Origin: a virus
Taxonomy: Duplodnaviria; Caudoviricetes
DNA: 64,000 nt
Direction: 5' to 3' (one strand)
Virus record (IMG/VR): IMGVR_UViG_3300020440_000014
Span: 8,781-72,780 of that record
How positions within the stretch are numbered: the first letter of the stretch is position 1; every line of letters begins with the position of its first letter. This document shows, piece by piece, positions 10,801-20,119 of this stretch. The translations under genes and the position numbers were made by a program. The notes below the pieces were generated by a model. It did not search any database and was not told the origin of the DNA. It worked only from the letters and a program-made list of their open reading frames with translations.

Positions 10801-11641
10801 CATTGCAAATAATGTCTCTGGTCAAGTTGCAGTCAACAATACACATGTTTCATTTGTACAAAAGTCGCCTAGACTTGACGGTGTTATATCAGTTTTAAAT
10901 ATTGCAACAGCAGATAATAATTATCTTGTCTTAGATAGAGAAAATGCATTGTCACCAATAGGTGTGAGACCTCAAGACCAAGGTAAAGTATTCACATCAC
11001 AAAATATGCAAGAAGAGAGATTGATGTTTGAAGATGGTTCTCTCATTCAAGCAGAAGAACCATTAAACAGATTAAGACATGAACCAGAAAGAAGAGATTT
11101 TCTTGGTGAAGCAATTTTATTAGAAGACAATTCAGGAAACATTTTAATAGAAGACGATACAATACCAGAAGAAATAGACCACTTCTTAACAGAGAGGTCT
11201 TTAGAATTAGTAAACCCATACATGTATATGGAAAATAATTCTGATAGAATAGTAATGGAAGACGGAAGTGCATTAGTGTCAGAACAAAACGGAACTGGAG
11301 TTGCGCTACATAGTTTTGTTCCAATAGGTCATACTTTTAGAACTATAAATAAAATTGCATTTCAAAACACTTACAGAATAGCATACTATTTACTTGATGA
11401 GTCAGATGGAAGTTCAGAAGAAGATAGAATACTTTTAGAAAGTGGTACAGAAGGTGGTGCAGGCCATCTATTATTAGAAACTTCTGTTAGAGAAGGAATG
11501 AGAGTTAATCAGTTAGATAGTATATTAGGTAATTTTTATGTCAGTTCATTTGACACACATGAGAATAGAAGAACAAATATCGCCTTTAGTTCTTACGTTT
11601 CTTCGACAAATATTACCAATTCTACCTTAGAAGGCATATAA
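7877..11641 (+). CDS. gp7: Baseplate wedge initiator (gp7-like), expanded
   Basis: LLPDYIKDEAPIFESFLEAYFEYLE, LYKQKGTPESVQFLMRLLFG, LQDSKYYQSHSYVIR...VKDLVHPAG; located between gp6 and gp8. Confidence 0.75.
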   Translation: MAHQDHIVDRLSTRLSSLLPDYIKDEAPIFESFLEAYFEYLESEIITLDTIQALEGTKFEDGTQIDGGSLLIEEGTDPTAPDIANAKLLQEGTIDPFQVGEYIYGESNGSIAKIKVINDKTLIVDTISGTGFAIGETIKGRDGNQTATIKTYKENSVVANNRLLDYSDIDSTLETFLEYFQKDFIPSLDLKDTQNKRLTLKNIGSLYKQKGTPESVQFLMRLLFGQNATIKYPIDETTSASDSDWQETRRMNITMTSGLGKPKATDKVVQYNQNDASIIDAEAVIEQVQIIDLNNFRYSISITTTHRGEFQPNRQVSIIDRDGITSYVANVKGIISDILPDESSTSFGLENENGELLLEDGSSILFENTSIGSMYNINDVINFTGSKIDTGEVDAKAVVTGLSRGPVEHVYIENAGSGYSAGDIVIFEDENTEGAGAEGIIEAVGDEIILEDSIALDQYTLTATANQTTFGGVDADGNSIRDNGGKPFALNGLDVKVFVNGIEQNRDNYDVRLDRVVFTTTPTPDGGEKVEVFSSFQRILQEDGDAVHLESSDQRIRRVKITNGGSGYQILPRVFPGGYLYFDDVSGYTAGELVTGAGGATGEISKIDNANNRLVIRRLSTHTGTFNTNEIVTGSSSSTAKTCTLAKVTSGTGGNLFAWSTKIGGIENIRISSQGYDFDENARVASDSTFSILMTNPSAEADLQKDVVITGSDSGSTANIISFDNQRNILKITGLDGFFLPNEKVTYANNQSFRVLQFDPYDARGKFAGEGIINDNFFGEKSYVSNQYANLQDSKYYQSHSYVIRVGESIEKYRSIVKDLVHPAGHLFFGEVAVENIIVSDTKGGRFSRRIDVDGVDNSLALEQRQFLPTLIIQLEETSHLLLEDSTRDNVNRFVMEDGFTYVEDDAAFESSASTKKETIVLVHTKKEELDSYNMSHILRDFVQQATNHDRDYLDAGRQTITQIKKFLSSETDTNIANNVSGQVAVNNTHVSFVQKSPRLDGVISVLNIATADNNYLVLDRENALSPIGVRPQDQGKVFTSQNMQEERLMFEDGSLIQAEEPLNRLRHEPERRDFLGEAILLEDNSGNILIEDDTIPEEIDHFLTERSLELVNPYMYMENNSDRIVMEDGSALVSEQNGTGVALHSFVPIGHTFRTINKIAFQNTYRIAYYLLDESDGSSEEDRILLESGTEGGAGHLLLETSVREGMRVNQLDSILGNFYVSSFDTHENRRTNIAFSSYVSSTNITNSTLEGI

Positions 11642-11644
11642 ATA
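11637..11644 (+). promoter_or_regulatory. Late promoter TATAAATA upstream of gp8
   Basis: Exact consensus overlapping the gp7 stop codon. Confidence 0.75.
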
Positions 11645-11672
11645 GTTATTACAACCGAGGAGTTATTTAAAA

Positions 11673-13163
11673 ATGGCAGCAATAATTTTAGAAAAATTTA
11701 GAACTCACAATGCAAAGCAGTTCATAGAAGATTTTGGAGAAACAGGTTCTTCAAATTATATTTTTATAGGTCGTTCACATTCGTGGACAGACGACAATTC
11801 ACCCCCAGCACCTTTCAATGCAGAATCAGAAGAAGTTCGTGCATTCGAGGACATGATAGCACTTAAAAAAGTAAGTACTACAGATGTTAGTCATGGTCTA
11901 GTTAGATATAACTGGACAGCAGGTGTTGTTTATGACGAGTACAGAGATGACTATAGTTCATCAAATCAAACACCTTCAGGTGCTAATAATTTCTATGATG
12001 GTAGAGGTTATGTTGTTACTTCAGATTACAAAGTATATAAGTGTTTAAAAACACCAAAATCTGGTGGTGCTCATGCAGACGTAGGTACTCCAGTTGCTGC
12101 CGCTGTTGGAAGTGAACCTAGTGGAACATCTACTGCAAATCCAGAAATTACTGCTGACGGTTATCAATGGAAATTCATGTACCAAATAAGTGCTTCAGAT
12201 GTTATTAAATTTGTAACTAATGATTTCATTCCTGTAAAAACTCTCGGTGCTCAAGTATCAGTTGCAGGTTCATTAGGTGCTTTAGGTTCAACTGGTACAG
12301 ATGACGGTTCTGCTCAATATGATGTTGAAGCAGCCGCAAATGATGGTGGAATTTATAGATACATCATTACAAATCCAGGTTCTGGTTACACACTAGATTC
12401 AGGCACAACGATTGATGTTGCAGTCGAAGGTGATGGTTCAGGTGCAATCGCAACTTTAACTTTCGCTTCAGGACAATTAAGTTCAGTTACATATAAAGAT
12501 GCAACATCATATGGTGCAGGTTATAAGAGAGCATCTTTCCCAACTCTTGATTCTACAATTTCAGGAATATCAGGTGGTTCAGGTGCAACAATCGAAGCTG
12601 TTATATCACCAATTCACGGACATGGTGCGAACCCAATCGAAGAATTAGGTGGAAACTATGTTGTTGTAAACTCTAGACTTGAGTTTAGTGAAGCTGCAGG
12701 TGGTAACGACTTCCCAACAGACAACGATTTTAGACAAATTGGTTTAATTAAAAATCCAATTGCATCATCTTCTGGTGCGGTATCTACTGCTAATACAATG
12801 ACAGCTACAAGAGAATTAACTTTATTAGATGCTTCTAATATTGCAGTTGATAACATTATTACTTCAGATACAACGAATAATGTTTCAACAAAAAGAGCAA
12901 GAGTTATTTCTAAAACAGGTAATGTAATTAGAGTTCACACTATTGTAAATGGCGGTGGTGAATTTGTAAACTTTGCAAATGATGATGACGTTTATATCAA
13001 TGCCTCAGGTGTTAAAATTACAGACGTAGCATCTAGCGGAGTTTCATCAGTTCATCCAGAAATGACACAATATACTGGACAAATATTATATCTTGAAAAC
13101 AGAGGACCTGTTACAAGAGCTGCCGACCAGATTGAAGATATTAAATTGATTATTGAAATGTAA
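11673..13163 (+). CDS. gp8: Baseplate wedge subunit gp8
   Basis: MAAIILEKFR..NA..F, YIFIGR...W, YVVTSDYKVYKCL, DGYQWKFMY, DFRQIGLIKNP, RAADQIEDIKLIIEM. Confidence 0.92.
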   Translation: MAAIILEKFRTHNAKQFIEDFGETGSSNYIFIGRSHSWTDDNSPPAPFNAESEEVRAFEDMIALKKVSTTDVSHGLVRYNWTAGVVYDEYRDDYSSSNQTPSGANNFYDGRGYVVTSDYKVYKCLKTPKSGGAHADVGTPVAAAVGSEPSGTSTANPEITADGYQWKFMYQISASDVIKFVTNDFIPVKTLGAQVSVAGSLGALGSTGTDDGSAQYDVEAAANDGGIYRYIITNPGSGYTLDSGTTIDVAVEGDGSGAIATLTFASGQLSSVTYKDATSYGAGYKRASFPTLDSTISGISGGSGATIEAVISPIHGHGANPIEELGGNYVVVNSRLEFSEAAGGNDFPTDNDFRQIGLIKNPIASSSGAVSTANTMTATRELTLLDASNIAVDNIITSDTTNNVSTKRARVISKTGNVIRVHTIVNGGGEFVNFANDDDVYINASGVKITDVASSGVSSVHPEMTQYTGQILYLENRGPVTRAADQIEDIKLIIEM

Positions 13164-13205
13164 TTCAGACTTGTCTGATTACACCAATAAATAAGATAGA
13201 AAGCT

Positions 13206-16200
13206 ATGACACAAAAGACTGACCTTAATATTACGCCCTATTACGATGATTACTCAGAGGACAAAAAATTTCATAAAGTCCTTTTTCGTGCCGGCAGACC
13301 TTTACAAGCTAGAGAATTAACTCAATCACAATCTATTCTCCAAGACCAAGTAGAAAGATTTGGTGACCATTTCTTTAAAGAAGGTTCTATTGTCGCTGGC
13401 GCAGAGTCAAACATCGATATGGATGTTTACTTTATTAAAGTAAAGGCAGATAATCCAACTCAAGCAGGCGATGATTCAGTAGAATCTTATAGAACTTCTT
13501 TTCACGGAAAATTCTTACAAGGTCAAACAACAGGTGTCGTAGTTAAAGTGTTGACTTCAGCAGCTGCAACATCAACTGATAGTGCAACTCTTATATGTAA
13601 ACAATATACTCAAGGTACAGATGCTAAAGGTTCTTTCTTAGTAGGTGGAGACGAAGTATTAAAAGAAGTTACGATTACAGAAAACACTGGTGCTATAACT
13701 ATAAACGCATCAAACAATAATCACTTCAAGTCTGTATCAGAATCAGACACACCTTCAGGTCGTGCATCTATAGCTGAAATTCAAGATGGTGTTATCTTCA
13801 CTAGAGGGTTCTTCGTATTAGTAGATAAACAAATAATTATTTTAGAAAAATATAGCGGTGTTCCTTCTTACAGAGTAGGTGTACAAATTGTTGAATCATT
13901 GGTATCATCATCAGCAGATGCATCACTGAATGATAATGCTCAAGGTACAAATAATGCAAATGCGCCTGGTGCCGATAGATTAAAAATAGATTTAAACTTC
14001 AAAAAAATTGCTCTTACTGATACAACTGATATAAATTTTATAGAGTTAGGTAGAGTAAACAATGGTATAATTGAATTAGAAATCAATAGACCAATTTATT
14101 CACAAATAGAAGACACATTAGCAAGAAGAACATTTGATGCAAATGGCGATTTTGTAGTAAGACCATTTAAGACATCATTTAGAGAACATTTAAAAACAAC
14201 TTTAAACAGAGGATTCTATACCCAATCTAATGGTGGTGATGAATCTAAATTTGTATGTCAAATATCACCAGGTAAAGCATACGTTAGAGGATATGAGATT
14301 GAAAAAATTGGTACAACTAATTTAGAAATTTCCAAAGCAAGACAGACAGCGAAATTAGAAAATGCATCTACACCAGTAAGATTAGGCAATGAGTTATTAG
14401 TTAATAACGCAAAAGCATTACCAGAAATATCCGATTCAAGTACTACCGATGCATACAAACCAGTCAAATTATACGATGTCGGACAAAATGCAGGTGATTT
14501 AGATACAGCTGCAAAACACATTGGTTTCTCTAGAGTAAGACATATTGAGAATAAAACCAATGTATCTTCTCAAGCAAGTGATGAAATTCAATTATTTCTA
14601 TTTGATGTTAAGATGTTTACGCAACTTAACATTCCAGTATCTTCAGGTGAATTCTTAGCAGGAGATAAAGTAATAGGTTCAAGTTCAGGTGCAACAGGTA
14701 TCGTTGCATATTCAGATAGTTCAAATAATTATGTCATGATACATGATGTTGTTGGTACGTTTACAACATCTGACCAGTTAGAAGTTAAAGGATTAGGAAC
14801 TTATAGCGGTACTAATACAATAACATCAACACAATCATTTAATGTTGGTCAAACAAGATGTGTATTTCAAGCAACACCAGGTTCAGGAAGTCAAAACTTT
14901 ATAGCAGACGTTGTTTTAGATGACTTAAGAGAATTAAGTGGTATTCTTAGTTTTGCAACTAACTCAGGTTCAGTAACAGGTGTCGGTACATCATTTACAA
15001 CTGAGTTGCAAATTGGAGACCAAATATTAGATTCTCTTGGTGGTCAACATAAAGTTAGTGCTATAACAAATGATTTTGCTATGACAATTACACAATTAGA
15101 TGGCAGTGCAATATCATCATTGACTTCTCAGACTCAAGTTAAAGTTGTAAGAAAAAGAGCTAAACTTAAAAATCAAGACCAATCAGCTGCTATATTTGCA
15201 TGGCCTAGAGATTACGTAGATAGTATTTCTCCTCTTTCCAATGGTGTTCAAACAAGAAGACAGATAGTTTTATCTGTAGATTCGAGTGGTAAAATTACAA
15301 TACCAATTAATGGTTCTACAGAAAAATTTTCTGTAAAATCAAATGATAACTATCAATTTGCAGTCATAACACAATCATCGAGTGGAAGTAGAACACTTAA
15401 TAATGGTGATATCATATATCCTGATGATATTAGTAGTTCTGATTTTGCATCAACAAGCGATGTACCTCTTGAAGTTACATTGGGTGATGCTAATGATAAT
15501 GCAGCTCAAATTTTAGTGTCGTATGCTGTAACTACAAAAACTCCATCCGTTAAACCTAAAACTTTAAATGATTATAGAGCAATTAAATTTTCATCAGCAG
15601 ATAGTGGTTCAGTTGAATATGGTTGTGCATACAATCATAAAGAATTGTCATTGGGTGTTTCAGATGTTCACAAAGTACATGCAGTTTTAGAAGCAGTTCC
15701 TGGCACAACTTCAGGTTCACAATCAAATGCAACACCACCTAATTTTATACCAACAGAAACATCTGGTAGTTTAGTATCTGGTGAAATAATTATAGGTCAG
15801 ACATCAGGTGCAAAAGCAAAATTAATAGATTTCGCCTCTTCAGGTACAAAAACACATTTTGTTTATCTAGAAACAGAGGCAACTTTTTCTAACGGAGAAG
15901 CAATTGTAGGTCAAGAAAGTTCAGCAGTTGCTACAATAGCAAGTGTAGATATTGGTTCACCAAATATTAAAAATAGGTACTTTGTCGACAATGGTCAGAG
16001 AGATGGTTATTATGATGCATCTAAATTGCAGTTAAAGTCTGGTCATGTTACCCCTAACAACCCTATAACCGTTATCTTCGATTATTTCGAACCTTCTGGA
16101 AATGGTCAATACTTCGCAGTCAATTCATATCAAAATCAAATTGATTACAAAGATATACCAAACTATTCACCAAACAAAGTAGATTTAGGTGGATTTGAAC

Positions 16201-19200
16201 CAGACGGACAATTTGAATTATCAGATGCAGTAGATTTTAGACCACACGTTAATGATATACAAGCACCATCAACTGGTGAATACAATCAAGATAGTGTTAC
16301 TGATATGTCAAGTATAAGTACACAACCTTTTGCATACGAGTCAAGGGTGTTTAGTTTGAAAGAACTTAATACACCAATACCAAATACAACGGTAGATGCA
16401 ACTATAGATTTTTATGTGCCAAGAATAGATAAAATATTTTTACATAAATCTGGTAAATTTGAATTAGTAAATGGTTATTCTGATATTTCACCACAAAGAC
16501 CAGATGCATTACCAGAAGCAATTGAAATGTTTGAATTGTTTATACCAGCATTTACTGAGAATCTAAAAGAAATAGCAGTCAAACAAAAAGACCATCGAAG
16601 ATTCACAATGAAAGACATTGGTAGAATCAATCAAAGAGTTACCAATTTAGAAAGAGTGACAGCACTTTCACTATTAGAACAAGATACACAATCAAAACAA
16701 ATTTTAGATGCCGATGGTTTCGATAGATTTAAATCTGGATTCTTAGTCGATAACTTTAGAGGTCACAAAATTGGAGATGTATCTCATCCAGATTATCATG
16801 TTGCTATAGATACTAAGAGAGGACAATTAAGACCTCAACATTTTACAAACTTCTTTGATATAGATTTAAATACATCTAAGTCTACTAACTTTGTTAAGAC
16901 AGGAGATTTGATAACATTACCATTTACAGAATTATCATATGTTAATCAAAATAAAGCATCAAGAGCTGTAAATGTCAACCCTTATCATGTTTTCTCATTC
17001 GTTGGTGATATAAAATTAACACCTTCAGTAGACTTATGGCAAGACACAGAAAATTTACCTGAAGTTAGAATCAATAGAGAAGGTAATTTTGATGCAGTAG
17101 TAGCAGAGAATCAAAATAGTCTTGGAACCGTTTGGAACGCATGGCAGACAACTTGGGCAGGTGAACCTGAAGTAGTAGACACTGAAACTATATCAAGTGT
17201 TGAGGGCGGTTCATGGGACGGTGACCCTTCTCAAGGTGGTAATTTTGCACCTAATAATTTAACAACAATTACAAGAGAAGTGACGAATACTCCTGAAACT
17301 CAAGTCAGGTCAGGTATTACAACTTCAGTCGTAGAAGAGTTTACAGAAACAAGAAATGACAGAGTTGTCAGTGTATCAGTTATACCTTTTATAAGGTCTA
17401 GAACTATAGCAATCGATGCTAATAATTTAAAACCAAATACAGCTCACTATGTATATTTTGATGGTATCAGAGTTGATGAATATGTAACACCACATTCAGC
17501 AACTTATTCAGCAGATTCAAATGCTGACGTTATTTCAACCGTAATAACTGATAGTAATGGTCGATTGAGAGCAAATTTTGAAATACCAAATAATCCTAAA
17601 CAAAGATTCCCGACTGGTGAAAGACAACTAAGAATCACTTCAAGTTCTAATAACTTAAGTAACCCACCTTCAGTTGCAAATACAATTTATCAAGCAACAG
17701 GTACATTACAATCAAATCAAACAGAAATCGTATCAACAAGAAATGGTAGAGTTATTTCTGAAAGTACAAGTGGTGAAAGGCAGTTTACAAGACGAGGTGA
17801 AAATATTAACGTATCTACTCAAGAGATACCACAACCAGAGCCAATTGTTCCACCAGAACAACCTCCATTTGTGAGTGCGAGAGAGATACCTCCGATAGAT
17901 ATACCGGCGCCAACACCTGTAACAACACCAATAGTTCCTTTATTGGTTGAACCATTGCCAGTTGACGATGTAGAAAGGTCAACTGAAGATGTTTTTGGTC
18001 AGAATAGAAGATTTGGTTTTAGATTTATGAGAGAGTTTGGTTGGGGTGACCCATTAGCACAATCTTTCTTGGTCGAATCAAATGGAGGTATGTTCTTATC
18101 TTCAATCGATGTATTCTTTAAAACTAAAGATAAAGCATTACCTGTTTCATTACAAATAAGAAATATGGTGAATGGTTATCCAGGTCAAGTAATTTTACCT
18201 TTCTCAGATACCGTTAAAATGCCAGGAGATGTTAATATTTCAGCTGACGGTTCAAGTGCAACAACTTTCCAATTTGAATCACCAGTGTATCTAGAAGATG
18301 GTCAAGAGTATTGTTTTGTTCTATATTCAAACTCAAACGAATATGAAGCATTCATCTCTAGAATGGGTGAACCTGATATTATATCAGGCGAAACAATATC
18401 AGGTCAACCATATGCTGGTTCATTATTCATGTCTCAAAATGCATCTACATGGACAGCAGAACAAACAGATGACCTTAAATTTAACATAAAACAATGTAAC
18501 TTTGATGATAGTCAAGTATCTAATCTAGTATTTGAAAATGCTGATTTACCTTCAATTAAATTACAAGAAAATCCAATTCAAACATTTAGTGGTCAAACAT
18601 ACATTAGAGTTTTAAATTACTCACACGGACATTATTCTACTAACTCTAGAGTTACTTTATCTGGAGTAGCAGGAGACAAAAAATCTGGTGTTATAAAATT
18701 ACAAACACCAAGTGCTATCTCAGGCGCAGTAACCGCTCAAACTTACGAAACAGGCGGTAGTAATGAGGCAGCTGTAACAGGTGGTTCAGGTTCTGGATTA
18801 AAAGTTAAATTAGTTGTCGATTCAAGTGATACAGATGCAGTCAATTCAATTAGTATTACAGACCCAGGCGTAGGTTACGCTACAGGTAATACAATTACCG
18901 TAACAATAGATAGTCAAACATTTACCGTTGACGTAGAGAGTGTAGAAGACACACTAGGTGGTATACCAGTCAGTGCGATTAATTCTGCTCATACAGCATT
19001 AGTTGATTATGGTATAGATTCATTCACTATAGACCTGAATACACTTTTAGATGGTGCATCATATGAATTAGATTCTGGTTTCAGTGCGACCGCATCAACA
19101 AATGGTGGTGGTGAAAACGTAACGTCAACAAGAAATTTATACTACGATGCAATTCATACAATGATACCAAATATTAAACCGCAAGATACAGAAATATTTG

Positions 19201-19910
19201 CAAGTATGAATAGAACAGGTACAGCATCTCCAGAATCAACTCAAGATGCACAATACGTTAAGAGAACAACAAGTAACTTTGTTAGATTGAATGACAACGT
19301 ATATTTCTCAACACCTAGTGTTGTTGCTTCAGTACCAAATGAATCAAGTAATATGGGTGGTATAAAATCTTTTGAGACTAGATTACAATTAAGGTCAATC
19401 AATCCAAACGTATCGCCTGTCATAGATGTTAATACAATTGGTGCATTATCAATCATGAATAGAATCAATAATATAGATTCTTCTAGCGATGTTCATACAG
19501 GTGAAACACATGTTAAAATGACAGAACCAGACGGCGATAATAATGCAATGGTTTATGTAACAAGAAAAGTTACGCTTAAAACGCCTGCGACAACATTGAA
19601 AGTTCTTGCAGATAACTTTAGACCACCAAATTCAGATTTAAAATTAATGTATAAAATATTAAAGAGTGATGAAGAAACACCAATCGATGATTTAGGTTTT
19701 GAGTTCTTTAACGAAACAAGTACATATGGTGCAAATCCGGGTAACGCAGACATAGATACACCTAGAGATGCAAGAAACTTTAAAGAATATGAATATACAG
19801 CAGATAACTTGCCAGAATTCAGTTCTTTTGTAATTAAGATAGTTGGTCAATCATCAAACACATCGGTTGTTCCAATTGTATCATCATTGAGGGTGTTAGC
19901 ATTAGCATAA
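13206..19910 (+). CDS. Large virion structural protein (VrlC / DUF4815-like)
   Basis: TDLNITPYYDDY...KVLFRAGRPLQARELTQSQSILQ, APGADRLKI, DNRRFTMKDIG-like HRRFTMKDIG, DRFKSGFLVDNF, DPLAQSF; characteristic of marine T4-like phages. Confidence 0.8.
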   Translation: MTQKTDLNITPYYDDYSEDKKFHKVLFRAGRPLQARELTQSQSILQDQVERFGDHFFKEGSIVAGAESNIDMDVYFIKVKADNPTQAGDDSVESYRTSFHGKFLQGQTTGVVVKVLTSAAATSTDSATLICKQYTQGTDAKGSFLVGGDEVLKEVTITENTGAITINASNNNHFKSVSESDTPSGRASIAEIQDGVIFTRGFFVLVDKQIIILEKYSGVPSYRVGVQIVESLVSSSADASLNDNAQGTNNANAPGADRLKIDLNFKKIALTDTTDINFIELGRVNNGIIELEINRPIYSQIEDTLARRTFDANGDFVVRPFKTSFREHLKTTLNRGFYTQSNGGDESKFVCQISPGKAYVRGYEIEKIGTTNLEISKARQTAKLENASTPVRLGNELLVNNAKALPEISDSSTTDAYKPVKLYDVGQNAGDLDTAAKHIGFSRVRHIENKTNVSSQASDEIQLFLFDVKMFTQLNIPVSSGEFLAGDKVIGSSSGATGIVAYSDSSNNYVMIHDVVGTFTTSDQLEVKGLGTYSGTNTITSTQSFNVGQTRCVFQATPGSGSQNFIADVVLDDLRELSGILSFATNSGSVTGVGTSFTTELQIGDQILDSLGGQHKVSAITNDFAMTITQLDGSAISSLTSQTQVKVVRKRAKLKNQDQSAAIFAWPRDYVDSISPLSNGVQTRRQIVLSVDSSGKITIPINGSTEKFSVKSNDNYQFAVITQSSSGSRTLNNGDIIYPDDISSSDFASTSDVPLEVTLGDANDNAAQILVSYAVTTKTPSVKPKTLNDYRAIKFSSADSGSVEYGCAYNHKELSLGVSDVHKVHAVLEAVPGTTSGSQSNATPPNFIPTETSGSLVSGEIIIGQTSGAKAKLIDFASSGTKTHFVYLETEATFSNGEAIVGQESSAVATIASVDIGSPNIKNRYFVDNGQRDGYYDASKLQLKSGHVTPNNPITVIFDYFEPSGNGQYFAVNSYQNQIDYKDIPNYSPNKVDLGGFEPDGQFELSDAVDFRPHVNDIQAPSTGEYNQDSVTDMSSISTQPFAYESRVFSLKELNTPIPNTTVDATIDFYVPRIDKIFLHKSGKFELVNGYSDISPQRPDALPEAIEMFELFIPAFTENLKEIAVKQKDHRRFTMKDIGRINQRVTNLERVTALSLLEQDTQSKQILDADGFDRFKSGFLVDNFRGHKIGDVSHPDYHVAIDTKRGQLRPQHFTNFFDIDLNTSKSTNFVKTGDLITLPFTELSYVNQNKASRAVNVNPYHVFSFVGDIKLTPSVDLWQDTENLPEVRINREGNFDAVVAENQNSLGTVWNAWQTTWAGEPEVVDTETISSVEGGSWDGDPSQGGNFAPNNLTTITREVTNTPETQVRSGITTSVVEEFTETRNDRVVSVSVIPFIRSRTIAIDANNLKPNTAHYVYFDGIRVDEYVTPHSATYSADSNADVISTVITDSNGRLRANFEIPNNPKQRFPTGERQLRITSSSNNLSNPPSVANTIYQATGTLQSNQTEIVSTRNGRVISESTSGERQFTRRGENINVSTQEIPQPEPIVPPEQPPFVSAREIPPIDIPAPTPVTTPIVPLLVEPLPVDDVERSTEDVFGQNRRFGFRFMREFGWGDPLAQSFLVESNGGMFLSSIDVFFKTKDKALPVSLQIRNMVNGYPGQVILPFSDTVKMPGDVNISADGSSATTFQFESPVYLEDGQEYCFVLYSNSNEYEAFISRMGEPDIISGETISGQPYAGSLFMSQNASTWTAEQTDDLKFNIKQCNFDDSQVSNLVFENADLPSIKLQENPIQTFSGQTYIRVLNYSHGHYSTNSRVTLSGVAGDKKSGVIKLQTPSAISGAVTAQTYETGGSNEAAVTGGSGSGLKVKLVVDSSDTDAVNSISITDPGVGYATGNTITVTIDSQTFTVDVESVEDTLGGIPVSAINSAHTALVDYGIDSFTIDLNTLLDGASYELDSGFSATASTNGGGENVTSTRNLYYDAIHTMIPNIKPQDTEIFASMNRTGTASPESTQDAQYVKRTTSNFVRLNDNVYFSTPSVVASVPNESSNMGGIKSFETRLQLRSINPNVSPVIDVNTIGALSIMNRINNIDSSSDVHTGETHVKMTEPDGDNNAMVYVTRKVTLKTPATTLKVLADNFRPPNSDLKLMYKILKSDEETPIDDLGFEFFNETSTYGANPGNADIDTPRDARNFKEYEYTADNLPEFSSFVIKIVGQSSNTSVVPIVSSLRVLALA

Positions 19911-20119
19911 TGAAAGAAGTTAAAGTGAAAGGACATTCAACTTTAATTAGAGATGAAGAATCTCATGCTATTGTGAATACAGATGTGGAAACATATAAAT
20001 TGACAATGAAACGCAGACAGATGTTAATGTCTCAGAGAAATGAAATAAATAGTTTAAAGAATGAAATTGGTGAAGTAAAGCAATTATTGTTGCAAGTAAT
20101 AGAGAGAGTAAATGGCTAA
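19910..20119 (+). CDS. Small conserved hypothetical protein (coiled-coil C-terminus)
   Basis: KVKGHSTLIRD..SHAIVNTD pattern typically follows the VrlC-like gene; translationally coupled. Confidence 0.65.
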   Translation: MKEVKVKGHSTLIRDEESHAIVNTDVETYKLTMKRRQMLMSQRNEINSLKNEIGEVKQLLLQVIERVNG

